From IMG/VR virus record IMGVR_UViG_3300025012_000054, positions 27,456 through 91,455 of that record: a stretch of 64,000 nucleotides of DNA; one strand, written 5' to 3'. The position numbers were made by a program, and so were the translations under genes. This DNA comes from a virus. Below, piece by piece: positions 9,438-18,066 of the stretch. Each line of letters opens with the position of its first letter. The first letter of the stretch is position 1. Below the pieces are notes generated by a model. The model searched no databases. It was not told the origin of the DNA and saw only the letters and a program-made list of their open reading frames with translations.

Positions 9438-9623
9438 ATGAAAGATAATTACGAGTGTATGCCTGGTGAATACGACGATTGTAAAAAAGAAAAAGAAGTG
9501 TTGCTTCGCGCATACAAGTTTTATAAACACTTTTTTGGACTATATATTAAATATCACGAAATTTTAGCTGACGAATATTCACAACATGAATATTTTCAAA
9601 ATAAATTAGGCAACATAAAGTAA
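9438..9623 (+). CDS. Hypothetical protein
   Basis: GAGG RBS after site 9411. Confidence 0.6.
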   Translation: MKDNYECMPGEYDDCKKEKEVLLRAYKFYKHFFGLYIKYHEILADEYSQHEYFQNKLGNIK

Positions 9624-9642
9624 TCTTGCGTGAAGGAGCAAT

Positions 9643-10062
9643 ATGAGTAAAGAATACGATGATGTTCTGAAACAACTAATTGATCTCAATAAGCAAAATC
9701 GAGAAGCCAATAGCCACAACATGGAAATGTTTTCTCCGTCTGAAGCAGTATGGGAATACGGAGTAATACGTCTTGATATTGGTAGAGGCGTGGGTAAAAC
9801 TACTTTTATTAAAAATAATGCCACATCAAAAGACTTAATAATTACTTTTAACCGCGAGAGCCAAAAAACATTTGGTGAAATTCCGGCAAAAGTTATTGTT
9901 TCAGATATTGGAGAATTCCTTCGCGCACTACATCATGCAGAAGTGTTTGAGACGATTTATGTTGACGAGCCCATGCTTTCGTTTCGGCAATTAGATATGC
10001 GAGACGCGTTAAAAACACTTATTCATAACTACGATCAAACAATTGTCATTTTGGGTAAATAG
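9643..10062 (+). CDS. Small P-loop NTPase-like protein
   Basis: GRGVGKTT (Walker A-like) and IYVDE (Walker B-like). Confidence 0.6.
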   Translation: MSKEYDDVLKQLIDLNKQNREANSHNMEMFSPSEAVWEYGVIRLDIGRGVGKTTFIKNNATSKDLIITFNRESQKTFGEIPAKVIVSDIGEFLRALHHAEVFETIYVDEPMLSFRQLDMRDALKTLIHNYDQTIVILGK

Positions 10063-10078
10063 AACAAGTATTTATGCC

Positions 10079-10107
10079 TTGACAAGACTCGGTTTGTGTG
10101 GTATAGT
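10079..10107 (+). promoter_or_regulatory. Sigma70-type promoter
   Basis: TTGACA-17bp-TATAGT with TGTGG before the -10. Confidence 0.85.
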
Positions 10108-10130
10108 TACATTATAGAAAAGGAGAAAAC

Positions 10131-10244
10131 ATGATGAAAAAATTTAGTGAGGTAATGAACATTGTTACAAAAATGTGGAAGAAACTTAACGACGAAGAAA
10201 AGAATGTTTTGGCAATGCTCATTGCTGGCACTTATACTAAATGA
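10131..10244 (+). CDS. Micro-protein, 37 aa (not in ORF track)
   Basis: AAGGAG RBS; first ORF after the promoter; stop inside site 10241. Confidence 0.65.
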   Translation: MMKKFSEVMNIVTKMWKKLNDEEKNVLAMLIAGTYTK

Positions 10245-10266
10245 AAGGTGGATTTTATGAGGTGGT

Positions 10267-10653
10267 ATGAAACGATTTATTAGGCGCTTGCAGCTTCTAT
10301 GGAATAGAATCAGATATCCTGAAAATATTTGGTATGGCGGTGGATTAAAAAGAAAAACAGCTTTACACAGTGTGGGAGCAGGTTGGGCTAAACTTATTAA
10401 CAATCTTTATGACGCCAAACCCAAACATGTCAAAGTGTGGCAGGTAAAAGAGAAATTCGCCGGACTCCGTTTTTACTTAGATTCTGCACCAGAATGGTAT
10501 CATGACCTGATTGCTTATTACGAGAATCAGAGCTATAAAATTTGTGAACAATGTGGTGAAAAGGGTAAAGTGCGAGATGATTTAGGGTGGATCTTGACCT
10601 TATGTGATAAGCACTACCAGGAAACTATTGATCAAAGGAACATGAAACGGTGA
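10267..10653 (+). CDS. Conserved hypothetical phage protein (QVKEKFxGLRFY, CExCG zinc motif)
   Basis: Recognisable phage motif; GAGGTGG RBS. Confidence 0.75.
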   Translation: MKRFIRRLQLLWNRIRYPENIWYGGGLKRKTALHSVGAGWAKLINNLYDAKPKHVKVWQVKEKFAGLRFYLDSAPEWYHDLIAYYENQSYKICEQCGEKGKVRDDLGWILTLCDKHYQETIDQRNMKR

Positions 10654-10660
10654 TTTTATT

Positions 10661-10819
10661 ATGAATATTGAATTTTATAAAGAACCTTCTGGATTCAGTT
10701 GGAAGCCCCACTTTTTTAAGTGGACTGCAATAGATGAAGAATACGCTAATTATTCTGGATGGCATAAATATTATTTGATTTCTTGGTTATGGTTTAGTGT
10801 AGACATTTTGATAGGATGA
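10661..10819 (+). CDS. Small hypothetical protein, 52 aa (not in track)
   Basis: Fills the interval between sites 10642 and 10816 exactly. Confidence 0.55.
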   Translation: MNIEFYKEPSGFSWKPHFFKWTAIDEEYANYSGWHKYYLISWLWFSVDILIG

Positions 10820-10831
10820 AAGAGATATTTT

Positions 10832-11041
10832 ATGATGGATGATAAATATAATGAACTTGTAATGATTATTAGTTATTGGTGGCGCAGATTACTATGCAGA
10901 TTGTTTGGATGCAAATTAGAATGGTGGTCAGAAAACGAATATGTAAATGGGGAATATTGTGTGAGATGTAGTGCTGCTGAAAGTCAAGCAGAGGGCGATA
11001 CTCCGCATAAAATTATTTATAGAAGATGGAATAGTAGATGA
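10832..11041 (+). CDS. Hypothetical protein (LLCRLFG...CxRC)
   Basis: ATG in the right arm of site 10816; stop in site 11038. Confidence 0.65.
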   Translation: MMDDKYNELVMIISYWWRRLLCRLFGCKLEWWSENEYVNGEYCVRCSAAESQAEGDTPHKIIYRRWNSR

Positions 11042-11053
11042 AAGGAAGATTTC

Positions 11054-11230
11054 ATGAGCAAATTAGATAGAATATTGTTTCAAGCCATGTATACTACTAT
11101 CATCAAGGGTATTTGGGTTATCATTCTACTTTTACAAGGGCGTACCCCAAAAGACGAGTTAATATTTTTCAGGATGGAAGACCAAAGTACTGAGAGCAGA
11201 GTTTACGATTGGGTAAATAAAAGCGAATAA
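11054..11230 (+). CDS. Small hypothetical protein, 58 aa (not in track)
   Basis: ATG in the right arm of site 11038; TAA in the left arm of site 11227. Confidence 0.6.
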   Translation: MSKLDRILFQAMYTTIIKGIWVIILLLQGRTPKDELIFFRMEDQSTESRVYDWVNKSE

Positions 11231-11242
11231 AAGGAGTATTTC

Positions 11243-11419
11243 ATGATACACAAAAAAAGATTATATGTTATGTTCGAATATGTCGATACCATCAAATTCG
11301 AAGATAGTTTTTATATACTTCCAATTTTAAGTTTAGTTTTTCCACCAAGAGATTCGCGTATTATTTTAAAATTTGGATGGCTTATTTTTAAAGTTGGAAT
11401 CTTCTTTGATTATATATAA
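11243..11419 (+). CDS. Small hypothetical protein, 58 aa (not in track)
   Basis: GGAG in the site spacer and ATG in the right arm of site 11227. Confidence 0.6.
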   Translation: MIHKKRLYVMFEYVDTIKFEDSFYILPILSLVFPPRDSRIILKFGWLIFKVGIFFDYI

Positions 11420-11431
11420 AAGGATGGGGTT

Positions 11432-11644
11432 ATGATAACTAGTGCTACTATTGGTGGAATTTATAGCAATGAAGAAGAAATGGGCTTTCGTATAAGTTGG
11501 TGGGGCAGTAATGGATTTGGTCAAATTGGCATACGAAAATTTATACATAGCGGTGTTATTAATATTGATTCTGAAACTATGTCCAGGGAATTTGTAAAAG
11601 AAGTCTTTGCAAAATTAGTTGATGATGCTCAGTATTGTGAATGA
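11432..11644 (+). CDS. Hypothetical protein
   Basis: Stop inside site 11641. Confidence 0.65.
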   Translation: MITSATIGGIYSNEEEMGFRISWWGSNGFGQIGIRKFIHSGVINIDSETMSREFVKEVFAKLVDDAQYCE

Positions 11645-11697
11645 AATAGCGATTTTATTGTATAAAATGAGTGTTTCGTGATGTAGGAGGATGATTA

Positions 11698-12240
11698 TTG
11701 GACAGTAGATACTTGGTAGGATCGAGCGAAAAAGATAGAGAGATACAAGATTTTTATCGCACTCCAGCATATGCTACAAAAGAGTTATTAAAGAAGGAAA
11801 AATTTTCTGGATCTATTTGGGAGTGTGCATGTGGTGATGGTGCAATATCTGAATTATTACCAAAAGAAAATTTGATAATTTCAACAGATCTATACGACAG
11901 AGGTTATGGGCAACCTAGCATAAATTTTTTGGAGACATTCAAACAAGTAAATAATATTATTACCAACCCTCCATATAAACAAGCCGAACAATTTTTAATT
12001 CACTCTTTTGATTGCGCTGATCATAAAATAGCCATGTTGTTGAAACTGAATTTTTTAGAAGGACAAAAAAGGCACGGACTATTTAAACAATACCCTCCAA
12101 AAACTATATATGTTTTTTCTAAAAGATTGAGTTTTGATAAGGGCAATGATCAAGGAAGGGGGAGCGGGCTTCTGGCGTACACTTGGATGGTGTGGGAAAA
12201 AGCATATTCAGGAGACCCAATTGTAAAGTGGATATTATAA
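11698..12240 (+). CDS. DNA methyltransferase (paralog of 6039..6590)
   Basis: DFYRTP, WECACGDG, TNPPY; TTG start after AGGAGG. Confidence 0.85.
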   Translation: MDSRYLVGSSEKDREIQDFYRTPAYATKELLKKEKFSGSIWECACGDGAISELLPKENLIISTDLYDRGYGQPSINFLETFKQVNNIITNPPYKQAEQFLIHSFDCADHKIAMLLKLNFLEGQKRHGLFKQYPPKTIYVFSKRLSFDKGNDQGRGSGLLAYTWMVWEKAYSGDPIVKWIL

Positions 12241-12273
12241 TAAAACATAGATTCTATGTAGTAGGGATAACTT

Positions 12274-12741
12274 ATGAATTATGAAACCACAGCAGAAATG
12301 GAAATTGTTATTGCTAGATATTTTGATACTAGAAAAAACGTTATTGTTCCAAATGTAAGCCACGGCATGTTTAGATATGAAATGGATTTATGTATGCTTA
12401 ATATGGTTGGAATGTATGCAAGCGAAGTGGAAATAAAAATTTCTAAATCAGATCTAAAAGCAGACGCTAAAAAACCACATCACCACGATTGCGCATCTAT
12501 AAAATATCTGTGGTTTGCTATGCCTGAAAAATTAAAAGGCTGTGAGGAATATGTACCAGAACATGCAGGAATTTTATTTGTAAGTAGTAAGGGTATTGTT
12601 AGTGTTGCGAGAAAACCTGTATCTAATAAATCTGCACAAAAATGGGACTATAAAAAAGCATTCAGATTAGCCAGGTTAGGAACATTACGAGTTTGGAATT
12701 TGAAAGAATCCATTCATCGGATGATAAAATATAATAAATAA
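12274..12741 (+). CDS. MmcB-like PD-(D/E)XK nuclease
   Basis: VPNV, E-x-D, EVEIKISKSDLKAD motif. Confidence 0.65.
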   Translation: MNYETTAEMEIVIARYFDTRKNVIVPNVSHGMFRYEMDLCMLNMVGMYASEVEIKISKSDLKADAKKPHHHDCASIKYLWFAMPEKLKGCEEYVPEHAGILFVSSKGIVSVARKPVSNKSAQKWDYKKAFRLARLGTLRVWNLKESIHRMIKYNK

Positions 12742-12768
12742 AATCGGTATTTTATTAAAAGGAGAAAA

Positions 12769-13023
12769 ATGCAAAGATTTCAATTGAAAAAAGATAGCAA
12801 GAACAAATGGTTTATTTTCGATAATCAGCGCAAGACCGTTGTTACAAGCCATATGGCTACTGGTATGGAGGGAGCAGAAACCTTAAAAGTTATCAAAACA
12901 CTGCCTGAACCATTGCCTAAAATTAAAGAAGCGACTACCAATAATGAACGAGTAGTAGCAGGACGATCTAAGAAAATGAAGATTTCTGTTGAAGAATACC
13001 GACGCAGGTTTCCGAAATCATAA
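12769..13023 (+). CDS. Hypothetical basic protein
   Basis: AAGGAG RBS; flanked by sites 12738 and 13023. Confidence 0.65.
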   Translation: MQRFQLKKDSKNKWFIFDNQRKTVVTSHMATGMEGAETLKVIKTLPEPLPKIKEATTNNERVVAGRSKKMKISVEEYRRRFPKS

Positions 13024-13051
13024 TAAAATGCAAGTTTCATGAGGTGAATTA

Positions 13052-14083
13052 TTGAACTACGATGAGATTATAAATACACCATATACTGTTCTGGAAGCAT
13101 TATCAGAATCTGAAATTTACGATATTGTTTCAACTCTGATTGAACATTACCGTAAAACCGGATTTCCTTATTTTGAAATCGATGACAACAAGATTAAAAA
13201 AGAATGTTTGTCTTTATCAAAATCAGACAGTTCAAAAATAGAATTGCCAAATAATGAACTTCAACAGGGAATGTTGGGACTTGCAACATGCAACATGTTT
13301 CATCAAGAAATGTATGCTGTAAATTGTAAAAACGCAAAATCACCCATGGATATTTTTCTTGATGATGGTCTATTCCGTACCGCCCTAACGAAAAGAATCA
13401 AGTATAATGATCGCAATCTTAATCCCTCGTGTGTGCGCAGAACGTTGAGTGCTTTTGGCGGACAAGCTGCTTCAAATTTTAGACCATCTATTGCCAGGTG
13501 GGTTTACCAAAAATATGCTCCAATTGGTGGCAGCGTCTTAGATCCCTGTATGGGATATGGCGGAAGATTGATGGGTGCGTTTTGTTCTCAGGTGCGTCGC
13601 TATGTTGCAACAGATCCAAACAAGGTTTCTATTGCTGGGAATATCAATCTGCACAATCATTTGTTCGAGGCTCGCCCAGACAGACCGGTTTTTGAATTAT
13701 CAACTTCTGCCCTACCTTTTGAGGATTTTGTCACCGATGAGAAATTTGATTTGGTGTTTACGTCGCCACCATATTTTAATGTGGAAAAGTATGCCGCAGA
13801 TGAAAAACAATCTTATGCGAGATACCCAACATACGAAAAATGGGTGGAAGGATTTTTGACGCCATTAATCAATCATTCTTTCGATTACCTAAAACCCAAT
13901 GGATATTTGGTTCTCAACGTAGGAAAGCCGATTGACGAAGATACGTATAGAATAGGCACAAAAGTTTTTGGCAAAGAACCTGAAACTTATCACATGCGAT
14001 TGAGTAAGTTTTTAGGACAAGGAAATAAAAAAGATGTATCGCATAAAGTTGAACCGATTTTTGTGTGGAAAAAGACCACATAA
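13052..14083 (+). CDS. DNA methyltransferase (amino-MTase)
   Basis: SNFRP, VLDPCMGYGGR, FTSPPYF; TTG start. Confidence 0.85.
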   Translation: MNYDEIINTPYTVLEALSESEIYDIVSTLIEHYRKTGFPYFEIDDNKIKKECLSLSKSDSSKIELPNNELQQGMLGLATCNMFHQEMYAVNCKNAKSPMDIFLDDGLFRTALTKRIKYNDRNLNPSCVRRTLSAFGGQAASNFRPSIARWVYQKYAPIGGSVLDPCMGYGGRLMGAFCSQVRRYVATDPNKVSIAGNINLHNHLFEARPDRPVFELSTSALPFEDFVTDEKFDLVFTSPPYFNVEKYAADEKQSYARYPTYEKWVEGFLTPLINHSFDYLKPNGYLVLNVGKPIDEDTYRIGTKVFGKEPETYHMRLSKFLGQGNKKDVSHKVEPIFVWKKTT

Positions 14084-14133
14084 AACCCACATTTCATAAC
14101 ATGAAACTAAAATTTCATTAAGAAAGGAGTAAA

Positions 14134-14262
14134 ATGTTGGATACCATTCTATTGATTTGCGCGTTTGTCAGTTTTCTTTTGAAAGCATTGGGCGTCCCCG
14201 TATGGCGACTTGACCTTATGAATCTTGGATTTGCTTTTCTAGTATTGACTTTACTCGTATAG
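14134..14262 (+). CDS. Small membrane protein, 42 aa (not in track)
   Basis: AAAGGAG RBS; MLDTILLICAFVSFLLKALGVPVWRLDLMNLGFAFLVLTLLV, two hydrophobic segments. Confidence 0.7.
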   Translation: MLDTILLICAFVSFLLKALGVPVWRLDLMNLGFAFLVLTLLV

Positions 14263-14401
14263 TAGAACATGTCTTAGCACAGGGGTAGTTATGCCGATGA
14301 TGGCGAGTGGGTTCGCGGTAGGGATTGCTGGGCGAATAGGTATAATGTTTCGAGCAGGAGACATCCTCAAAATACATGTGCAAATATGAGGAGCAATACC
14401 C

Positions 14402-14430
14402 TTGACAGATTTAAGATATTGTGGTATAGT
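14402..14430 (+). promoter_or_regulatory. Sigma70-type promoter for the tRNA/ncRNA region
   Basis: TTGACA-17bp-TATAGT with TGTGG. Confidence 0.85.
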
Positions 14431-14568
14431 TATTCAACAGAACGCATCACGCGATAGGGCGAGCCTAGCGAACCGAGATTGGGATAATTCTAGAATAACC
14501 TCCCACAGAGACCGATTATTTCTGGCGTCATATAGATAACAACTAGATCGGTAGTATGTTATCACCCT

Positions 14569-14640
14569 AGCGGGTTAGAGTAGTGGATCACTCACGAGTC
14601 TCATAAACTCGATACGTTCGTTCAAATCGAACACCCGCTA
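14569..14640 (+). tRNA. tRNA with CAT anticodon (Met, or Ile2 if lysidine-modified)
   Basis: Acceptor AGCGGGT/ACCCGCT, D arm GAGT/ACTC, anticodon arm CGAGT-CTCATAA-ACTCG, T arm GTTCG-TTCAAAT-CGAAC; no encoded CCA. Confidence 0.9.
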
Positions 14641-14643
14641 CAA

Positions 14644-14720
14644 GTGAGAGACAGGGGTTAAATTCCCCTATCTGTGAAAGCCCCAGCCCAAACAGATTAG
14701 CATAGTGCTAGTGCGCTCAC
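14644..14720 (+). ncRNA. Putative structured RNA (four-way junction) in the tRNA trailer
   Basis: GTGAG/CTCAC closing stem with three hairpins: AGGGG/CCCCT, ATCTGT/ACAGAT, TAGCA/TGCTA. Confidence 0.45.
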
Positions 14721-14774
14721 CCAAAATGTAGTAAAATGTGATTTTATGCAGTAAGTTAAAATAAGGATGGACGC

Positions 14775-15095
14775 ATGTATTCTAGTATTTGGGTTGAACA
14801 TATCAATATTTGCAGAATAATCCAATATATATCTATGTTACATGGATTCGATATTGCTTTGCGAGATGCCGAAGAAGTATGGGAACATTACTCCGAATCT
14901 TTATCTGCGGGGTGGATGGTGGAAACATATGGAGATCTAGATAATATGTGGCAATTAATTAAGAATCAGTTTATTAGCAGCAATGAAACAACCCCAGAGT
15001 TTGATATTAGAGTCAAGGAACAGATGGTAGACACTGCTGAAATGATTGAGAACGACGACGAATGTAATATACAATTCGTCATAAAAAATAATTAG
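14775..15095 (+). CDS. Hypothetical protein (WxxYSxSxxAGW motif)
   Basis: ORF track; followed by site 15101. Confidence 0.65.
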   Translation: MYSSIWVEHINICRIIQYISMLHGFDIALRDAEEVWEHYSESLSAGWMVETYGDLDNMWQLIKNQFISSNETTPEFDIRVKEQMVDTAEMIENDDECNIQFVIKNN

Positions 15096-15123
15096 TGTTA
15101 ATGAAATTGTGCTTTTATTAAGT

Positions 15124-15293
15124 TTGTTCACAAAAGGCGTGGGTTGCCAATGAGCCGATATGCAGGCAACATCTTGTCTGGCACTTAAAGCGTCTGAAGA
15201 GAGAGTAACGCCTCGAAACCCGAAAGGGTAGCGCGGAGTATCCCTAGCCAGAGAATAACTGGATACCAGTCGGCTCACGCCTTTTGTGAATAA
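15124..15293 (+). ncRNA. Type I hammerhead ribozyme (core 15190-15234) within a 23-bp enclosing stem
   Basis: GCGT-CTGAAGA-GAG(loop)CTC-GAAA-CCC(GAAA)GGG-TA|GCGC; GUA cleavage triplet, predicted cut after 15230; outer stem 15124-15146/15271-15293 has only G-U deviations. Confidence 0.88.
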
Positions 15294-15305
15294 GCAAAGT
15301 CATAT

Positions 15306-16463
15306 ATGGAAGGAGATAATTTGAAAGTTATTGACAGCGAGAAATTACCAATCAAAATGTGGCTAACAGATATTGAAGATGGCGCTTTACAACAAGCAAA
15401 AAACTTAGCCAATCTTCCATTTGTCTATAAATGGATTTCTATTATGCCAGATAGTCACCAAGGTTATGGTATGCCCATTGGTGGCGTCATGGCTACCCAA
15501 GGCGTGATAGTCCCAAATGCGGTTGGTGTGGACATCGGCTGTGGTATGGCTGCGATAAAAACTTCTCTGACAGATATTTCTACAGAAGAATTAAAATTGG
15601 TTATGGGTAAAATCCGTGATGTTATTCCTGTGGGATTTAATCATCATCCAGAAGATCAAGAATGGGACGGATTCGATGACGCTCCAGATATTCAGACCAT
15701 CCAGGATCAACTTCCGTCAGCCCGAAAACAGTTGGGAACGCTTGGGGGAGGAAACCATTTCATTGAAATTCAAAAAGGATCAGATGATCATATATGGATT
15801 ATGATTCATTCTGGAAGCCGTAACTTTGGCAAGAAAACCGCTGATATATACCACAAACTTGCGCAAAAATTATGCGACAGATGGCATGTGCAATTACCGG
15901 ATAAGGACTTGGCTTTTCTTCCTATTGAGACCTCGGAAGGAAAAGAGTATTTCCAAGCAATGAAATATTGCTTAAATTTTGCCGAGGGTAACAGGGATTT
16001 GATGGCTAGACGTACTCTACTTTGCTTATCTTCTGTAGTGGATTGCTATATGGAAGATGAAATTGATATTCATCATAACTACGCCGCATTTGAAAATCAT
16101 TACGGCAAGGATGTTTTGGTTCATCGTAAAGGTGCCACAAAAGCCACTCTGGGGCTACGAGGAATTATTCCTGGTTCTATGGGAACATCCAGTTATATCA
16201 CCAAAGGATTGGGTAATCCAGAAAGTTTCGAATCTTGTTCCCATGGCGCAGGTCGTAGAATGGGACGCAAGGATGCCGTAAGAACCTTAAACCTGAAAGA
16301 TGAACAAGATAAAATGACTGGTATTGTGCACGGCTTGCGAGATGCCTCTAATTTAGATGAAGCACCAGGTGCATACAAAAACATTGATGAAGTTATGAAA
16401 AACCAAGAAGATCTGGTTGAAATTAAAATATCACTAAAGCCTTTGGCGTCAATCAAAGGTTAA
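15306..16463 (+). CDS. rtcB: RtcB RNA ligase (probable start TTG 15321)
   Basis: PDSHQGYGMPIG, VGVDIGCG, GGGNHFIE, HSGSR, HRKGA, PGSMG, SHGAGR and DEAPGAYK motifs. Confidence 0.96.
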   Translation: MEGDNLKVIDSEKLPIKMWLTDIEDGALQQAKNLANLPFVYKWISIMPDSHQGYGMPIGGVMATQGVIVPNAVGVDIGCGMAAIKTSLTDISTEELKLVMGKIRDVIPVGFNHHPEDQEWDGFDDAPDIQTIQDQLPSARKQLGTLGGGNHFIEIQKGSDDHIWIMIHSGSRNFGKKTADIYHKLAQKLCDRWHVQLPDKDLAFLPIETSEGKEYFQAMKYCLNFAEGNRDLMARRTLLCLSSVVDCYMEDEIDIHHNYAAFENHYGKDVLVHRKGATKATLGLRGIIPGSMGTSSYITKGLGNPESFESCSHGAGRRMGRKDAVRTLNLKDEQDKMTGIVHGLRDASNLDEAPGAYKNIDEVMKNQEDLVEIKISLKPLASIKG

Positions 16464-16489
16464 TGAAATTAGGCTTCTATCGGAGGTGA

Positions 16490-17044
16490 ATGAAAAATAA
16501 ATATATTATCGAAAACGGTATAATAAAAATAATTCTCCATAGGCGAGAAGACAATGATTTAATAACGATTATTGATAAAGAAGATTTTGATAAAGTGAAC
16601 GCATATGATGGTACGTTTTATGCTAGTAGATATATTAAACTAAATGGGAAATTTTATGTAAAAATAACCTTATATCTAGGAACCATTGACGGAAAACCGA
16701 AATATAAAGTAATTAGGTTTCATAGGATTATTTTGAATTGTGAAAACAACGATATTGTTGATCATATAAATGGAGACACTCTAGATAACCGAAAATCCAA
16801 TCTAAGAATAACTGATTTTGGAGGAAACACAAAAAACAGATGTGGCGAGAACGCAAATAACACTTCTGGTGAACGCAACGTGTCTCTTATAAATGGGCAG
16901 TACGTAGTTCAAATTCAAGTCAATGGAAAAAATACTGTTTTAGGAAAATTTAATAATATCGAACAAGCGAGAATTATAGCAAACCAAGCAAGAAAAAAGT
17001 ATTATGGGGACTATTCTGGAAATAGTACCACAATAGCCCAATAA
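16490..17044 (+). CDS. HNH endonuclease with C-terminal AP2-like domain
   Basis: FHRII...VDHINGDTLDNRKSNLR; NTSGERNV...LGKF...ARKKYYG. Confidence 0.85.
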   Translation: MKNKYIIENGIIKIILHRREDNDLITIIDKEDFDKVNAYDGTFYASRYIKLNGKFYVKITLYLGTIDGKPKYKVIRFHRIILNCENNDIVDHINGDTLDNRKSNLRITDFGGNTKNRCGENANNTSGERNVSLINGQYVVQIQVNGKNTVLGKFNNIEQARIIANQARKKYYGDYSGNSTTIAQ

Positions 17045-17071
17045 AAGTATTATTTTATTAAGGAGCAAAAA

Positions 17072-17314
17072 GTGAAAATATATAGATTGTATACCGGATG
17101 CGATGGTGAATACTCCTGCGATTATTATAGGGGTTTGTTTAAAACAGTTGAACCTATGCTCTCTTTTGTAGAAGAATATATGAAAGAAGAAAGAGGCAAA
17201 GAAAATATCTCTGCTATATTAACTGATGATGGAAAAATATTCGTCAACGGTATTGATAACGAATGGCACAATCCTTTCGGATATGAGATTATTGATACTG
17301 ACAACTTGCAATGA
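17072..17314 (+). CDS. Hypothetical protein
   Basis: Flanked by sites 17041 and 17311. Confidence 0.65.
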   Translation: MKIYRLYTGCDGEYSCDYYRGLFKTVEPMLSFVEEYMKEERGKENISAILTDDGKIFVNGIDNEWHNPFGYEIIDTDNLQ

Positions 17315-17339
17315 AATTATTATTTTATAAGGAGAAAAA

Positions 17340-17579
17340 ATGGAACGATCAGAAGCATATCAACTAATCGACGAAGAACGCGAATATCAAAACAGCAAGC
17401 CCCCACGTCCCAAAAGCGATGCGGACACATCCGTTGGGGAATGGCTTATCTATATTGAGGAACAATTATCACGAGCTAAACATAACGTTTATAAATTAGA
17501 TCAACTTCTTGCCATGGATAATGTGCTTAAGATTGCGGCGTTGGCTGTGGCTTGCATGGAAAACAACGAAGTTTCATAA
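17340..17579 (+). CDS. Hypothetical protein (MazG-like helical fold possible)
   Basis: IDEERxYQ...KIAALAVACME pattern; flanked by sites. Confidence 0.6.
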   Translation: MERSEAYQLIDEEREYQNSKPPRPKSDADTSVGEWLIYIEEQLSRAKHNVYKLDQLLAMDNVLKIAALAVACMENNEVS

Positions 17580-17607
17580 TAAAATATGTCATTCATGAGG
17601 TTGTAAT

Positions 17608-17997
17608 ATGCTAACAGAAAAAGAAAAACTATTTGATAAAATATTTGACTTTTGGTTGAAAAAATTCAATTTAACCGAATGGGATATTCAACTAGATTTT
17701 CTTGATAAAGATGAATTCAAAGCGCTGTTCTTAAAAAATAATAAATTGGTTGAACTTGCCCCTGCTTGTTGCGAATCTCTGTGGCAATATCAACAAGCGA
17801 AAATCGGCGTTAATACCGACAGGTTAGAAACCGTGGATGACTCAGATATAGAAAAAGTTGTAATTCACGAATTCATGCATATTTTTTTGAGTGAAATGAG
17901 GAATAATCATAAAGATGGTGAGCACGAAGAACGTGTTGCTACCATGCTTGCCAGGGCTTTTATTGGAATAAATAACTTCAAGGAGGCACATATTTAA
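17608..17997 (+). CDS. HEXXH zinc metallopeptidase-like protein
   Basis: VIHEFMH plus downstream EE. Confidence 0.65.
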   Translation: MLTEKEKLFDKIFDFWLKKFNLTEWDIQLDFLDKDEFKALFLKNNKLVELAPACCESLWQYQQAKIGVNTDRLETVDDSDIEKVVIHEFMHIFLSEMRNNHKDGEHEERVATMLARAFIGINNFKEAHI

Positions 17998-18066
17998 CAA
18001 CATAAAATAGTATTTTTATTAGGTTGCACATATTTGTAGTAAGTCTATTTATAAAAGGAGAAATAA

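Larger units (their letters stand above)
3985..18019. repeat. Dispersed 18-bp palindrome ATRAAA-N6-TTTYAT, array 1 (27 copies at gene junctions)
   Basis: Starts at 3985, 5802, 6009, 6750, 7116, 7324, 7349, 8559, 9411, 10241, 10642, 10816, 11038, 11227, 11641, 11662*, 12240*, 12738, 13023, 14080, 14101, 15101, 16463*, 17041, 17311, 17579*, 18002 (* = one mismatch); more degenerate copies near 8094, 10059, 11416, 14731. Confidence 0.95.

Noticed and set aside
14955-15278. - strand 107-aa ORF over the ribozyme
   Set aside because: It is antisense to the + strand operon. G-U pairs in the stem show that the functional molecule is the + strand RNA.
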